A stretch of 64,000 nt of DNA, taken from positions 1,613 to 65,612 of the forward strand of contig JAZQCK010000038.1 of the NCBI GenBank assembly GCA_045546255.1. Direction: 5' to 3'. Source of the stretch: Lachnospiraceae bacterium. Lineage in GTDB: Bacteria; Bacillota; Clostridia; Lachnospirales; Lachnospiraceae. Each line of letters starts with the position of its first letter. The first letter of the stretch is position 1. Shown piece by piece: positions 16,915-25,769 of the stretch. The position numbers and the translations under genes are program-made. The notes beneath the pieces are model-generated. The model was not told the DNA's origin. It worked only from the letters and a program-made list of their open reading frames with translations, and ran no database searches.

Positions 16915-18387
16915 ATGGGTGTGAAAAACAGAGAATTCTGGTTTGTTGTCGGAAGCCAGTTCCTTTATGGTGAAGAAGTATTGGAAACGGTGGAGAAGCG
17001 GGCGAAGGAGATGGCCGCGGAGCTGAGCAAGGCGCTCCCCTACCCTCTGATCTATAAAGTGACCGCAAAGACAAACCGGGAGATCACGGATATTATTAAA
17101 GAGGCTAATTATCGGGACGAATGCTGCGGCGTCATCACATGGTGCCACACCTTCTCCCCGTCGAAGATGTGGATCAACGGGCTTTCCACGCTGCAAAAGC
17201 CGTATTGCCACCTGGCCACACAATATAATCTCACGATTCCAAACGAAGAAATCGATATGGACTTTATGAACCTGAACCAGGCCGCACACGGCGACCGGGA
17301 GCACGGGTTCTTAGGCGCGCGCCTGCGCATTCCGCGCAAAGTGATCGCAGGCTTCTGGAAAGACACGGAGGTGCAAAAGAAACTCGGCGATTGGATGAAA
17401 GTCGCGGTCGGCGTTGCGATTTCAAAAGAAATGAAAGTCATGCGCTTCGGTGACAATATGCGCGAAGTGGCAGTTACCGAAGGCGACAAGGTCGAAGCGC
17501 AGATCAAGCTCGGCTGGCAGGTAAATACCTGGGCCGTCGGCGATTTAGTTAAGGAAATGGATCAGGTCAGCGAAGAAGAAATCGACGGCCTCGTCAAGTT
17601 ATATCAGGATCTTTATGACATGAACACGGACGACGTTGCATCTGTCCGCTATCAGGCGCGGGAAGAAATCGCAATCCGCAAACTGCTGGTAGCAGAAGGC
17701 TGCCGCGCCTTTACGAACACCTTCCAGGATTTATATGGCATGGAGCAGCTTCCAGGACTTGCTTCGCAGCACCTCATGTCGCTCGGTTATGGCTTTGGCG
17801 CAGAAGGCGATTGGAAAGTCAGCGCGATGTGCGCGATCATGAAGGCCATGGGTGAAAGCGGCAATGGCGCGTCCGGCTTCATGGAAGACTACACCTACCA
17901 TTTGGAAAAAGGCGGTGAATGCAGTCTCGGCGCACACATGCTTGAGGTCTGCCCTTCGCTTGCTGCAGAGAAGCCGCGTATCGAAACGCACTTCCTTGGC
18001 ATCGGCATGAACGAGAAAGATCCGGCAAGACTGGTGTTCGAAGGAAAAGAAGGTCCGGCCATTGTGGTATCGCTCGTTGATATGGGCGGACGGCTGCGTC
18101 TCATCGTGCAGGACATCGAAGCGATCAAGCCGATCCTTCCGATGCCGAATCTTCCGGTTGCACGTGTCATGTGGAAACCGCTCCCGGACCTTTTGACCGG
18201 CGTTGAATGCTGGATCCTTGCAGGCGGCGCACACCACACCGTTCTTTCCTATGATGTCAGCGCCGAGATGATGCGAGACTTCGCACGCATTATGGATATC
18301 GAATTCGTCCACATCACAAAAGATACGACTCCTGAGAAGCTGGAGGATGAACTTTTGGTGAAAGACCTGCTGTGGAAGCTGAAATAA
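16915..18387 (+). CDS. araA: L-arabinose isomerase
   Basis: MGVKNREFWFVVGSQFLYG N-terminus and full-length similarity to AraA. AAGGAG RBS. The track ORF starts 36 nt earlier at a TTG. Confidence 0.9.
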   Translation: MGVKNREFWFVVGSQFLYGEEVLETVEKRAKEMAAELSKALPYPLIYKVTAKTNREITDIIKEANYRDECCGVITWCHTFSPSKMWINGLSTLQKPYCHLATQYNLTIPNEEIDMDFMNLNQAAHGDREHGFLGARLRIPRKVIAGFWKDTEVQKKLGDWMKVAVGVAISKEMKVMRFGDNMREVAVTEGDKVEAQIKLGWQVNTWAVGDLVKEMDQVSEEEIDGLVKLYQDLYDMNTDDVASVRYQAREEIAIRKLLVAEGCRAFTNTFQDLYGMEQLPGLASQHLMSLGYGFGAEGDWKVSAMCAIMKAMGESGNGASGFMEDYTYHLEKGGECSLGAHMLEVCPSLAAEKPRIETHFLGIGMNEKDPARLVFEGKEGPAIVVSLVDMGGRLRLIVQDIEAIKPILPMPNLPVARVMWKPLPDLLTGVECWILAGGAHHTVLSYDVSAEMMRDFARIMDIEFVHITKDTTPEKLEDELLVKDLLWKLK

Positions 18388-18402
18388 AGAACTGGATTAA
18401 AA

Positions 18403-20004
18403 ATGAATCAATTAATCGAATCTCAATTAAATACAGCCGTCATCGGAATCGAGCTGGGCTCCACCCGGATCAAAGCGGTGCTGATCGATGATCAGTTTCG
18501 TCCGCTTGCAAACGGTATCTTTGAATGGGAGAACCAGCTGGAAGATGGCATATGGACGTATGCTTTGAAGGATGTGGAAGCCGGCCTGCAGGCTTGTTTT
18601 GCAGACTTGAAAGCAGACGTAAAGAAAAAGTATGGCTTCACACTGCATCGTGTCTCCGCGATCGGGGTGTCTGCAATGATGCATGGCTATCTCCCCTTTG
18701 ATACATCGGGTCGTCAGCTCGCCGGATTCCGCACCTGGAGAAATACGATCACAGGCGAAGCAGCCAGACAACTTTCGCAGCTCTTTGGCTTTAACATTCC
18801 CCAGCGCTGGAGCATTGCCCATCTCTATCAGGCGATTTTAAATAACGAAGAACACGTCAAGGATCTTGCCTTCTTAACAACGCTTGCCGGATATATTCAT
18901 TGGAAGCTGAGCGGCGAGAAAGTGATCGGCATCGGTGATGCCAGCGGCATGTTCCCGATCGACAGCAGCACAAAAGATTATGATGCAAAAATGCTGGAAC
19001 AGTTCCGGGTTCTGAGCGGGATCGATCTTCGGACAGTTTTTCCGAAAGTGCTGGTAGCAGGAGAAAACGCCGGAACTCTGACAAAAGAAGGCGCCTTGTT
19101 CCTTGATCCTTCAGGCGAACTCGAGGCAGGAATCCCGCTTGCGCCTTGCGAGGGCGATGCCGGGACAGGCATGACCGCGACAAACTCTGTCAAGGTTCAT
19201 ACCGGTAATGTTTCCGCTGGCACTTCGGACTTTGCAATGATCGTCGTGGACCAACCGCTCGGCGTGCACGAAGAGATCGACATGGTTACGACCCCGTCCG
19301 GAGATCCCGTTGCAATGGTCCACTGCAACAACTGCACCTCGGACCTGAATGCATGGATCGGCTTGTTCGGGGAAGTGCTGGAGCTGATGGCGGCGCATCC
19401 GAACACGAAAATCAGCAAAGCTGAACTCTTCACAAAACTTTTCCAGAAAGCACTCGAAGGCGACACAGACTGCGGCGGCCTTATGAATATCAACTATATT
19501 TCCGGCGAAGGCGTGACAAAACTGGACGAAGGCATCCCACTCTTCTTGCGCCGTCCGGATGCAAACTTTAACCTGGCCAACTTTATGCGCACGCAGCTTA
19601 TCTCCGCGCTTGCAACGCTCAAGATCGGCCTGGACATTTTAACGCAGACAGAACATGTGCCGATACAAAAACTTTATGGTCACGGCGGATTTTTTAAAAC
19701 GCCGGGTGTCGGAACGAGACTTCTTTCCGCAGCAGCCGGCGCGCCGGTCGCTGTCATGAAGACGGCCGGCGAAGGCGGTCCCTACGGCATGGCGCTGCTG
19801 GCTGCCTATATGATGCAAAAAGAAGAGGGTGAAAGTCTGGCAGACTTCTTAGAAACAAAAGTCTTTGCCGGAATCGAGCCGGAAGAAGTCATGGCAACGG
19901 AAGAAGAGATCAAAGGTTTCCAGGCATTTTTAGAGGAATATAAAAAGGCGCTTGTTGTGGAAGAAGAAGCAATCGTCCAAAATAGAGAGGGGCAAAAATG
20001 TTAG
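18403..20004 (+). CDS. araB: FGGY-family carbohydrate kinase (ribulokinase role inferred from operon context)
   Basis: FGGY N- and C-terminal domains. Sits between araA and araD. Confidence 0.7.
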   Translation: MNQLIESQLNTAVIGIELGSTRIKAVLIDDQFRPLANGIFEWENQLEDGIWTYALKDVEAGLQACFADLKADVKKKYGFTLHRVSAIGVSAMMHGYLPFDTSGRQLAGFRTWRNTITGEAARQLSQLFGFNIPQRWSIAHLYQAILNNEEHVKDLAFLTTLAGYIHWKLSGEKVIGIGDASGMFPIDSSTKDYDAKMLEQFRVLSGIDLRTVFPKVLVAGENAGTLTKEGALFLDPSGELEAGIPLAPCEGDAGTGMTATNSVKVHTGNVSAGTSDFAMIVVDQPLGVHEEIDMVTTPSGDPVAMVHCNNCTSDLNAWIGLFGEVLELMAAHPNTKISKAELFTKLFQKALEGDTDCGGLMNINYISGEGVTKLDEGIPLFLRRPDANFNLANFMRTQLISALATLKIGLDILTQTEHVPIQKLYGHGGFFKTPGVGTRLLSAAAGAPVAVMKTAGEGGPYGMALLAAYMMQKEEGESLADFLETKVFAGIEPEEVMATEEEIKGFQAFLEEYKKALVVEEEAIVQNREGQKC

Positions 20005-20690
20005 AAGAATTAAAAAGACAAGTACTGAAAGCGAACCTGCTCTTACCGAAACACGGGCTGGTCTCCTTCACCTGGGGCAACGCGTCCGGCATCGACCGCG
20101 AAAACGGGCTCGTTGTAATCAAACCATCCGGCGTTCCATATTCCGAGATGACAGTAGATGACCTCGTGGTCGTGAGCATGACGGGCGTAGTCGTCGAAGG
20201 GCACTATAAACCTTCCAGCGATCTGCCGACGCACCTCGAGCTTTACAAAGCATTCCCGGAATGCGGCGGCATTGTCCACACGCACTCCCGCTGGGCGACG
20301 ATTTTTGCACAAGCGGAATTGCCGCTGGATCCACTCGGCACAACGCATGCAGATTACTTCTATGGACAGATTCCCTGCACACGCCCGCTGACCGTATTTG
20401 AAATACAGGAGAATTATGAAAAAGAAACGGGACTAGTGATCGCAGAGACTTTTAAAGGTCGTGACCCCCAAGCAGTTCCTGCTGTCCTAGTAAATGGACA
20501 CGGTCCGTTCACTTGGGGCAAAGACGCCGTGAACGCCGCATTCCATGCAGCCGTCCTCGAAGAGATCGCCTTCATGAACTGGCACACGCTGATGCTGCAG
20601 CCGGAAGAATCGCCGCTCCCGAAGGCGCTCCTCGATAAACACTATTTAAGAAAACACGGCAAAGACGCTTACTACGGACAGGATTCTTAA
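19998..20690 (+). CDS. araD: L-ribulose-5-phosphate 4-epimerase
   Basis: Class II aldolase/adducin fold (GNASGIDRE..., HTHS motif). Overlaps araB by 7 nt. Confidence 0.9.
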   Translation: MLEELKRQVLKANLLLPKHGLVSFTWGNASGIDRENGLVVIKPSGVPYSEMTVDDLVVVSMTGVVVEGHYKPSSDLPTHLELYKAFPECGGIVHTHSRWATIFAQAELPLDPLGTTHADYFYGQIPCTRPLTVFEIQENYEKETGLVIAETFKGRDPQAVPAVLVNGHGPFTWGKDAVNAAFHAAVLEEIAFMNWHTLMLQPEESPLPKALLDKHYLRKHGKDAYYGQDS

Positions 20691-20701
20691 GGAGGCAAAA
20701 A

Positions 20702-21880
20702 ATGGGACAATTTGATTTCATTCATAACCAGGCATTTGACGACCGCGCGATTGCGTTTGCTCCGCAGACGCCGCAGGCAGAACCGGGCCACCCCGTCTGG
20801 GAAGTCATCCCGATGGACACCGGTGCGAAAGTGCTGGAAAACGGCGACGTGAAATTCGGAATCCATGCACCGGATGCAAAGCATGTTTCACTCGTGCTCG
20901 GGTTGCGTCCGGAAGCGCCGATCGAAATGGAAAAAGACACCGACGGCGTTTGGAAAACCGTGCTTCCCTATGATCCAACTTTTGTTGGACCAAAGGCATT
21001 CTGGTTCTCCGTCGATGGCGGCGATGTCACCAGCCCTTACTGTCCTGTTTATTACAGCCATGCGATGCCAGTCAACTATGTCGAGATTCCGGACCCAAAA
21101 GCATCGTTTGTTTTAATGCGGGATGTGCCGCACGGAAGCGTTGTGACTGAGTATTACTGGTCCAGCGTTCTGGAAGATTTTGAGCGCTGCCTGATCTATC
21201 TGCCGCCAAACTACCACGAAGGCGGCGAATATCCGGTGCTCTACCTCCAGCAAGGTTACGGCGAGAACGAAACTTCCTGGATCTACAACGGCAAGGTGAA
21301 CCACATCATGGACAACCTGATCGCAGACGGCGAAGCCGAGCCGTTCATCGTCGTTATGAACAACGGCATGTTCCACGGCAAATATAATGTATTCGCTGAT
21401 TTCCAGGAGCCCTTTGCAAAATCGCTGATCGAATGCTGCATGCCGATGATTGAAAAGAAATACCGCGTGAAAGCGGATAAGTGGAACCGCGGCATCGCCG
21501 GCTTTTCAATGGGCTCGATGCAGGCGTGCGTCTACGGTCTTCAGCATTTGGACGTCTTCTCGCACATCGGCCTCTTAAGCGGCTTCATGCGCAGGGTTGG
21601 CCGTCCGGACACGGACCTCAGCAAAGACTTTGAATTGAACGACCACTTGAAAGTGATGATGGATAAAGAACTCTTTGAAAAAGAGATCCGCCTTTTCTTC
21701 CGTGGTGTCGGCTCGCTCGATATGAAGTTCGACGCGTTCACGGTCGACGACGAGATCTGCGCGGAGCAAGGCTTTGACCAATATAACAACATCGTCCGCT
21801 TTGTGGCCGACGGCTACCACCACGACTGGGCCGTCATGCGCGTCCTCTTCCATGAGTTTGCAAAGCGGGTGTTCCGCTGA
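20702..21880 (+). CDS. alpha/beta-hydrolase esterase (feruloyl/acetyl-xylan esterase-like) with an N-terminal Ig-like domain
   Basis: GFSMGS nucleophile elbow. Putative-esterase family layout. Last gene of the ara operon. Confidence 0.7.
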   Translation: MGQFDFIHNQAFDDRAIAFAPQTPQAEPGHPVWEVIPMDTGAKVLENGDVKFGIHAPDAKHVSLVLGLRPEAPIEMEKDTDGVWKTVLPYDPTFVGPKAFWFSVDGGDVTSPYCPVYYSHAMPVNYVEIPDPKASFVLMRDVPHGSVVTEYYWSSVLEDFERCLIYLPPNYHEGGEYPVLYLQQGYGENETSWIYNGKVNHIMDNLIADGEAEPFIVVMNNGMFHGKYNVFADFQEPFAKSLIECCMPMIEKKYRVKADKWNRGIAGFSMGSMQACVYGLQHLDVFSHIGLLSGFMRRVGRPDTDLSKDFELNDHLKVMMDKELFEKEIRLFFRGVGSLDMKFDAFTVDDEICAEQGFDQYNNIVRFVADGYHHDWAVMRVLFHEFAKRVFR

Positions 21881-21947
21881 CTGCTGTCAGCCTTATCTTG
21901 TCAACTGAGCAGGAAGCATGCTTTCTGCCATAAAAATATTCCCCATA

Positions 21948-21975
21948 AAAAGGGCGCCGCTTCTGCGACGCCCTT
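21948..21975. terminator. bidirectional GC-rich terminator between the ara operon and hsp20
   Basis: AAGGGCGCCGC/GCGACGCCCTT stem with T-runs on both strands. Confidence 0.5.
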
Positions 21976-22106
21976 AGCTTTTATAAGATTCTGTTTACCG
22001 GTTCAAAAGCTTTCAACCAGATTCTTCAAAGCCCCAATTATAATTACCTGCTTTCAATCATGATGCGGTTAAGATGATCTGCCTCATCATGATCCGCTTT
22101 AATTGA

Positions 22107-22556
22107 TCAGCCCTCGATCATGATCCGTTTCTTCTCCGGAACCTGAGCCTGCTCTTTCTTTGGAAGTGTCAGCTTCAAAACGCCGTCTTCCATCTTGGCT
22201 TTGATATCTTCTTCAGTCAGATTCTCGCCGACGTAGAAGCTTCTCTGCATTGTTCCGGCATAACGCTCCTGACGGATGACTTTGCCTTTCTTATCCTTCG
22301 TGTCTTTGTCGAGGCCTTTGGCAGCTTCAACGATCAGATAACCATCCTCCAAAGTCAGGTTGATCTCATCTTTCTTGAATCCAGGAAGGTCAATGTCTAC
22401 TTCGTATGCATCTTCGTGCTCATGCACGTCGGTCTTCATCAGGTGAGCCGCACGGTTGCCATACAGCTTTTTGTCAATGTCCTCGAAGTCCCTCATTCTC
22501 GGGAAATCCATCCAATCATCCAGTAAACTTTCTCCAAATAATCTCGGTAATAACAT
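22107..22556 (-). CDS. Hsp20/alpha-crystallin family small heat-shock protein
   Basis: Alpha-crystallin domain (TDVHEHEDAYEVDIDLPGFKKDEI...GVLKLTLPK). Confidence 0.9.
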   Translation of the reverse strand: MLLPRLFGESLLDDWMDFPRMRDFEDIDKKLYGNRAAHLMKTDVHEHEDAYEVDIDLPGFKKDEINLTLEDGYLIVEAAKGLDKDTKDKKGKVIRQERYAGTMQRSFYVGENLTEEDIKAKMEDGVLKLTLPKKEQAQVPEKKRIMIEG

Positions 22557-22670
22557 AAGTCATGCCTCCTTCTCATAAAAAATATGTTTTACTATAAGTT
22601 CTATGAGCATTGGGACGGAGGGTTCGGATCCTTTTTTCTGGAATCTTCTCTGTTCCTTTGTTCTAACTAC

Positions 22671-22699
22671 GTTATAGCACCGATTGCTAGCACTGTCAA
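22671..22699 (-). promoter_or_regulatory. hsp20 promoter TTGACA-N17-TATAAC
   Basis: Consensus -35, 17-nt spacer and near-consensus -10, about 115 nt upstream of the ATG. Confidence 0.6.
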
Positions 22700-22713
22700 G
22701 AGGTGAGTGCTAA
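22687..22713 (-). promoter_or_regulatory. CIRCE-like HrcA operator TTAGCACTC-N9-CAGTGCTAG
   Basis: Matches the CIRCE consensus TTAGCACTC-N9-GAGTGCTAA at 16 of 18 positions. Overlaps the -35. Confidence 0.65.
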
Positions 22714-22848
22714 TTTCGTCAAGGTCTCGCCGGTGATCCGATAAACGGTCCACTCCTCCATCGGCTTGGCGCCGAGCGAAAGGTAAAAAACAGGATCAGC
22801 CCGCAGTCATTTTCTGTGGCTGTTCGAAAGCTTAGTGATTCCATAGCT

Positions 22849-23967
22849 TTATGCGAAGGTCTCTGCTACTTTCTGGAGCTGGTCGCGGATGTCAATGTGC
22901 TGTGGGCAAACTTCCTCGCACTGTCCGCACTGGATGCATTCCTGCGCTCTCTTCTTGCCCTGTACGTCAACCTCAAATCCGAGAGCTCTCTTCGCAGCTT
23001 CCATATTTCCATAAATCGTGTACTCGTTCATCGCTGTGAAAGATCCGGAAATACCGATCTCCATCGGGCAGACCTCTGCACAGTAATTGCAGCTCGTGCA
23101 CGGGATCATCGGAATCTTGTTCATCTCAGCTCTTGCTGCCTCGATCGTCTGCCGCTCATCTTCCGTGAGCCCGTCGAAGTCTTTCATAAAGGAAATATTA
23201 TCCTTCATCTGATCAAGGTCGCTCATGCCGGAGAGAACAACGAGAACGCCTTCTAAGTTTGCGGCATAGCGGATGCCCCAGGAAGCAACCGACAGGTCCG
23301 GCTCTTTCTCCAGCAAAACTTTTTTAACGACTTCCGGCGGATTTGCAAGAAGTCCGCCTTTAAGCGGCTCCATGATGACGACCGGTTTTCCGTGTTTGCG
23401 CGCCACTTCATAAACGCCTTTGGACTGGATCGCCGGGTTCTCCCAGTCTGCATAGTTGATCTGCAGCTGAACGAACTCTGCATCCGGATGCGCCGTCAGG
23501 ATCTTGTCCAGCTCTTCCGGTGTGGAATGGAAGGAGAAGCCGTAATGTTTGATCTTTCCTTCCGCCTTCTTTTCTTTTACGAAGTTCCACATATCAAAAT
23601 CTTCGAACGCCTGCGTTCTCTGGTTACCCAGATTGTGGAGCAGGTAGTTATCAAAATAGCCTGCGCCGGTACGCTCTAAGGATGTCTCAAACTGAGCAAT
23701 CGCTTCTTCTCTGGTTTTGCAGCCTGCCCATGCCGCGTTCTTGGTTGCGAGCTGATAGCTTTCTCTTGGATAGCGGTCAACAAGTGCCTTTTTGATCGCA
23801 TCCTCCGAGCCGGTATAAACAAATGCTGTGTCAAAGTAGGTGAAGCCTGCCTCCATATACAGATCCACCATTTCTTTTACCTGTTCAACATCGATCTCCT
23901 CGCCATTCTTCGGAAGGCGCATCAGACCGAATCCCAGTTTCTTAATTTCTTTCTCAAAAAAACTCAT
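22849..23967 (-). CDS. aldo/keto reductase with a C-terminal 4Fe-4S ferredoxin-type domain
   Basis: AKR TIM-barrel N-terminal part plus CTSCNYCAEVCP and CIQCGQCEEVCP cluster motifs. Confidence 0.85.
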   Translation of the reverse strand: MSFFEKEIKKLGFGLMRLPKNGEEIDVEQVKEMVDLYMEAGFTYFDTAFVYTGSEDAIKKALVDRYPRESYQLATKNAAWAGCKTREEAIAQFETSLERTGAGYFDNYLLHNLGNQRTQAFEDFDMWNFVKEKKAEGKIKHYGFSFHSTPEELDKILTAHPDAEFVQLQINYADWENPAIQSKGVYEVARKHGKPVVIMEPLKGGLLANPPEVVKKVLLEKEPDLSVASWGIRYAANLEGVLVVLSGMSDLDQMKDNISFMKDFDGLTEDERQTIEAARAEMNKIPMIPCTSCNYCAEVCPMEIGISGSFTAMNEYTIYGNMEAAKRALGFEVDVQGKKRAQECIQCGQCEEVCPQHIDIRDQLQKVAETFA

Positions 23968-24197
23968 TTAAAACCTCCTACCTGTGCCCGCGAAGCAGAC
24001 TTCAAACTTGCCCGCCCGAAGGCAATATCCAAAACTATGTATTCATGTTTTCTATGGTTGAATCATACCATGACAAGATTGTTTCTGTATATCACTATTT
24101 GTTAATATGATGATTTAAAAGTGAAACGACGCGTACAAGGACCTCGCTCTGGGCGGCGCTTTTACGGTACCGACCATACCCCCACGAGCCGTGCTGA

Positions 24198-24974
24198 TTA
24201 GTTGTCCAGCACGTGGCCGTCACAGCTGATGGTAACAACCTGATACTGTAACACTTTTCCGCTGGCTTTCAGTGCATTCTCTGCAGCTCTTTGAAGTCCG
24301 CCGCAGCAGGGCACTTCCATGCGGACGAGCGTCACACTCTTAATATCGTTTTCAGAAAGGATTGCAGTCAGCTTTTCCGTATAGTCAATATCATCGAGTT
24401 TCGGACAGCCGACCAGCGTGATCTTTCCTTTCATGAAATCCTCATGCATGCCGGCATAGGCATACGCGGTGCAGTCCGCCGCGATCAGGAGTCTTGCGCC
24501 GTCAAAGAACGGAGCTTTTATAGGCAAAAGTTTGATCTGGCATGGCCACTGATTCAACTGAGAAGCCGGTTTATAAGAATGTGCCGCCTCCGGTTCAGCT
24601 GCTCTTTCAAACTGCTTCATCGCAGAACCCGGGCATCCTCCTGAATACGGCACGGTCTGCGCAGCTGCTGCTCTTTCAAACTGTCTCATCGCAGAACCCG
24701 GGCATCCTCCGGCTGGAGCAGCAGCGGCTTGCTGCTTTGCCTGCTTTGCTGCTTCCACTGCAGCCTCATCATATGCCGGTGCTTCCCGCTCTTCAAACGT
24801 GATGGCGCCGGTCGGGCAGTTCGGGAGGCAGTCGCCAAACCCATCGCAGAAGTTTTCACGCACCAGTTTTGCTTTGCCGTCCACCATATCAATCGCGCCC
24901 TCGTGGCACGCACTTGCACAAAGACCACAGCCGTTGCACTTTTCTTCGTCTATATGAATTATTTTTCTGATCAT
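24198..24974 (-). CDS. 4Fe-4S dicluster domain protein with a Cys-rich C-terminal domain
   Basis: CNGCGLCASACHEG and CDGFGDCLPNCP motifs. C-terminal CPKL...VPCCGG. Confidence 0.7.
   Translation of the reverse strand: MIRKIIHIDEEKCNGCGLCASACHEGAIDMVDGKAKLVRENFCDGFGDCLPNCPTGAITFEEREAPAYDEAAVEAAKQAKQQAAAAPAGGCPGSAMRQFERAAAAQTVPYSGGCPGSAMKQFERAAEPEAAHSYKPASQLNQWPCQIKLLPIKAPFFDGARLLIAADCTAYAYAGMHEDFMKGKITLVGCPKLDDIDYTEKLTAILSENDIKSVTLVRMEVPCCGGLQRAAENALKASGKVLQYQVVTISCDGHVLDN
24598..24710. repeat. 69-bp in-frame tandem duplication inside the 4Fe-4S gene
   Basis: The 44-nt core gctgctctttcaaactg[c/t][t/c]tcatcgcagaacccgggcatcctcc occurs at 24598 and 24667. It encodes GGCPGSAM(R/K)QFERAA twice. 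Confidence 0.8.
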
Positions 24975-25044
24975 GATGATTTCCTCCTTAATGTCTCTCT
25001 TCTTGTTTTTCTGTCCAGATTATAATATAGTGATGCCTGACAAT

Positions 25045-25062
25045 ATGTGGTAATAACCACAT
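25045..25062. promoter_or_regulatory. palindrome ATGTGGT-AATA-ACCACAT in the divergent 4Fe-4S/Crp intergenic region (candidate Crp/Fnr-family operator)
   Basis: Perfect 7+4+7 inverted repeat, 42 nt upstream of the regulator ATG. Confidence 0.4.
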
Positions 25063-25103
25063 TTTAGGTTTTTTATCAACTTTTCACCAAAAGGAATCAT
25101 ATC

Positions 25104-25769
25104 ATGAAAGAGAACCATTATGAAAACATTGCTCTTCTGAAAGGTTTCACAGGAGAAGAACAAAAGGAAGCCTTCAGCGAAATGAGAGCACGCGAAAGAT
25201 CTTATAAAAAGGAGGAATATATTTTGCGTGCAGGTCAGACGACTTCCCGTATGGGTGTAGTCCTGAAAGGCAGTGTCACGATCGAAGTTGATGATGCTCT
25301 TGGAAACCGTACGATCTTAAGCCATATTGCTCCTTTTGGTCTGTTTGCGGAAACCTACGCCTGGCTCGGCGAAGAGGTCATGCTGGTGGATGTTCGTGCC
25401 AATGAAGACTGCCGCATCCTGTTTCTGGACACGGCAGTCATCAAAAAGGAGTTGGCTCCCAACAAAAAATGGCAATATAAACTGATCAAAAATTATCTGA
25501 CGATTTCCGCACGAAAGAACCTCGCACTTTCCGTCAGAAGCTTTCATACCGCGCCGTACATGATTCGTGGCCGCGTCCTCTCCTACCTGAACAGCATCTC
25601 CCTGCAAAAGAAGCAAACAGAATTCGACATTCCCTTTGACCGTCAGCAGCTTGCTGACTATCTGAATGTCGAGCGCACAGCGCTCTCCAAAGAGTTAGGT
25701 AAAATGAAGCGCGAGCACATCATTGATTTCCGGCGGAACCATTTCAATCTTCTTCAGCCTGACTCCTAA
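25104..25769 (+). CDS. Crp/Fnr family transcriptional regulator
   Basis: cNMP-binding-like beta-roll followed by a C-terminal HTH (RQQLADYLNVERTALSKEL). Confidence 0.85.
   Translation: MKENHYENIALLKGFTGEEQKEAFSEMRARERSYKKEEYILRAGQTTSRMGVVLKGSVTIEVDDALGNRTILSHIAPFGLFAETYAWLGEEVMLVDVRANEDCRILFLDTAVIKKELAPNKKWQYKLIKNYLTISARKNLALSVRSFHTAPYMIRGRVLSYLNSISLQKKQTEFDIPFDRQQLADYLNVERTALSKELGKMKREHIIDFRRNHFNLLQPDS

Noticed and set aside
22600-22650. GGAGGGTTCGGATCC, resembling a tRNA T-arm (GGTTCGAATCC).
   Set aside because: No acceptor, D or anticodon stems can be drawn around it. It lies in the hsp20 5' UTR on the opposite strand.
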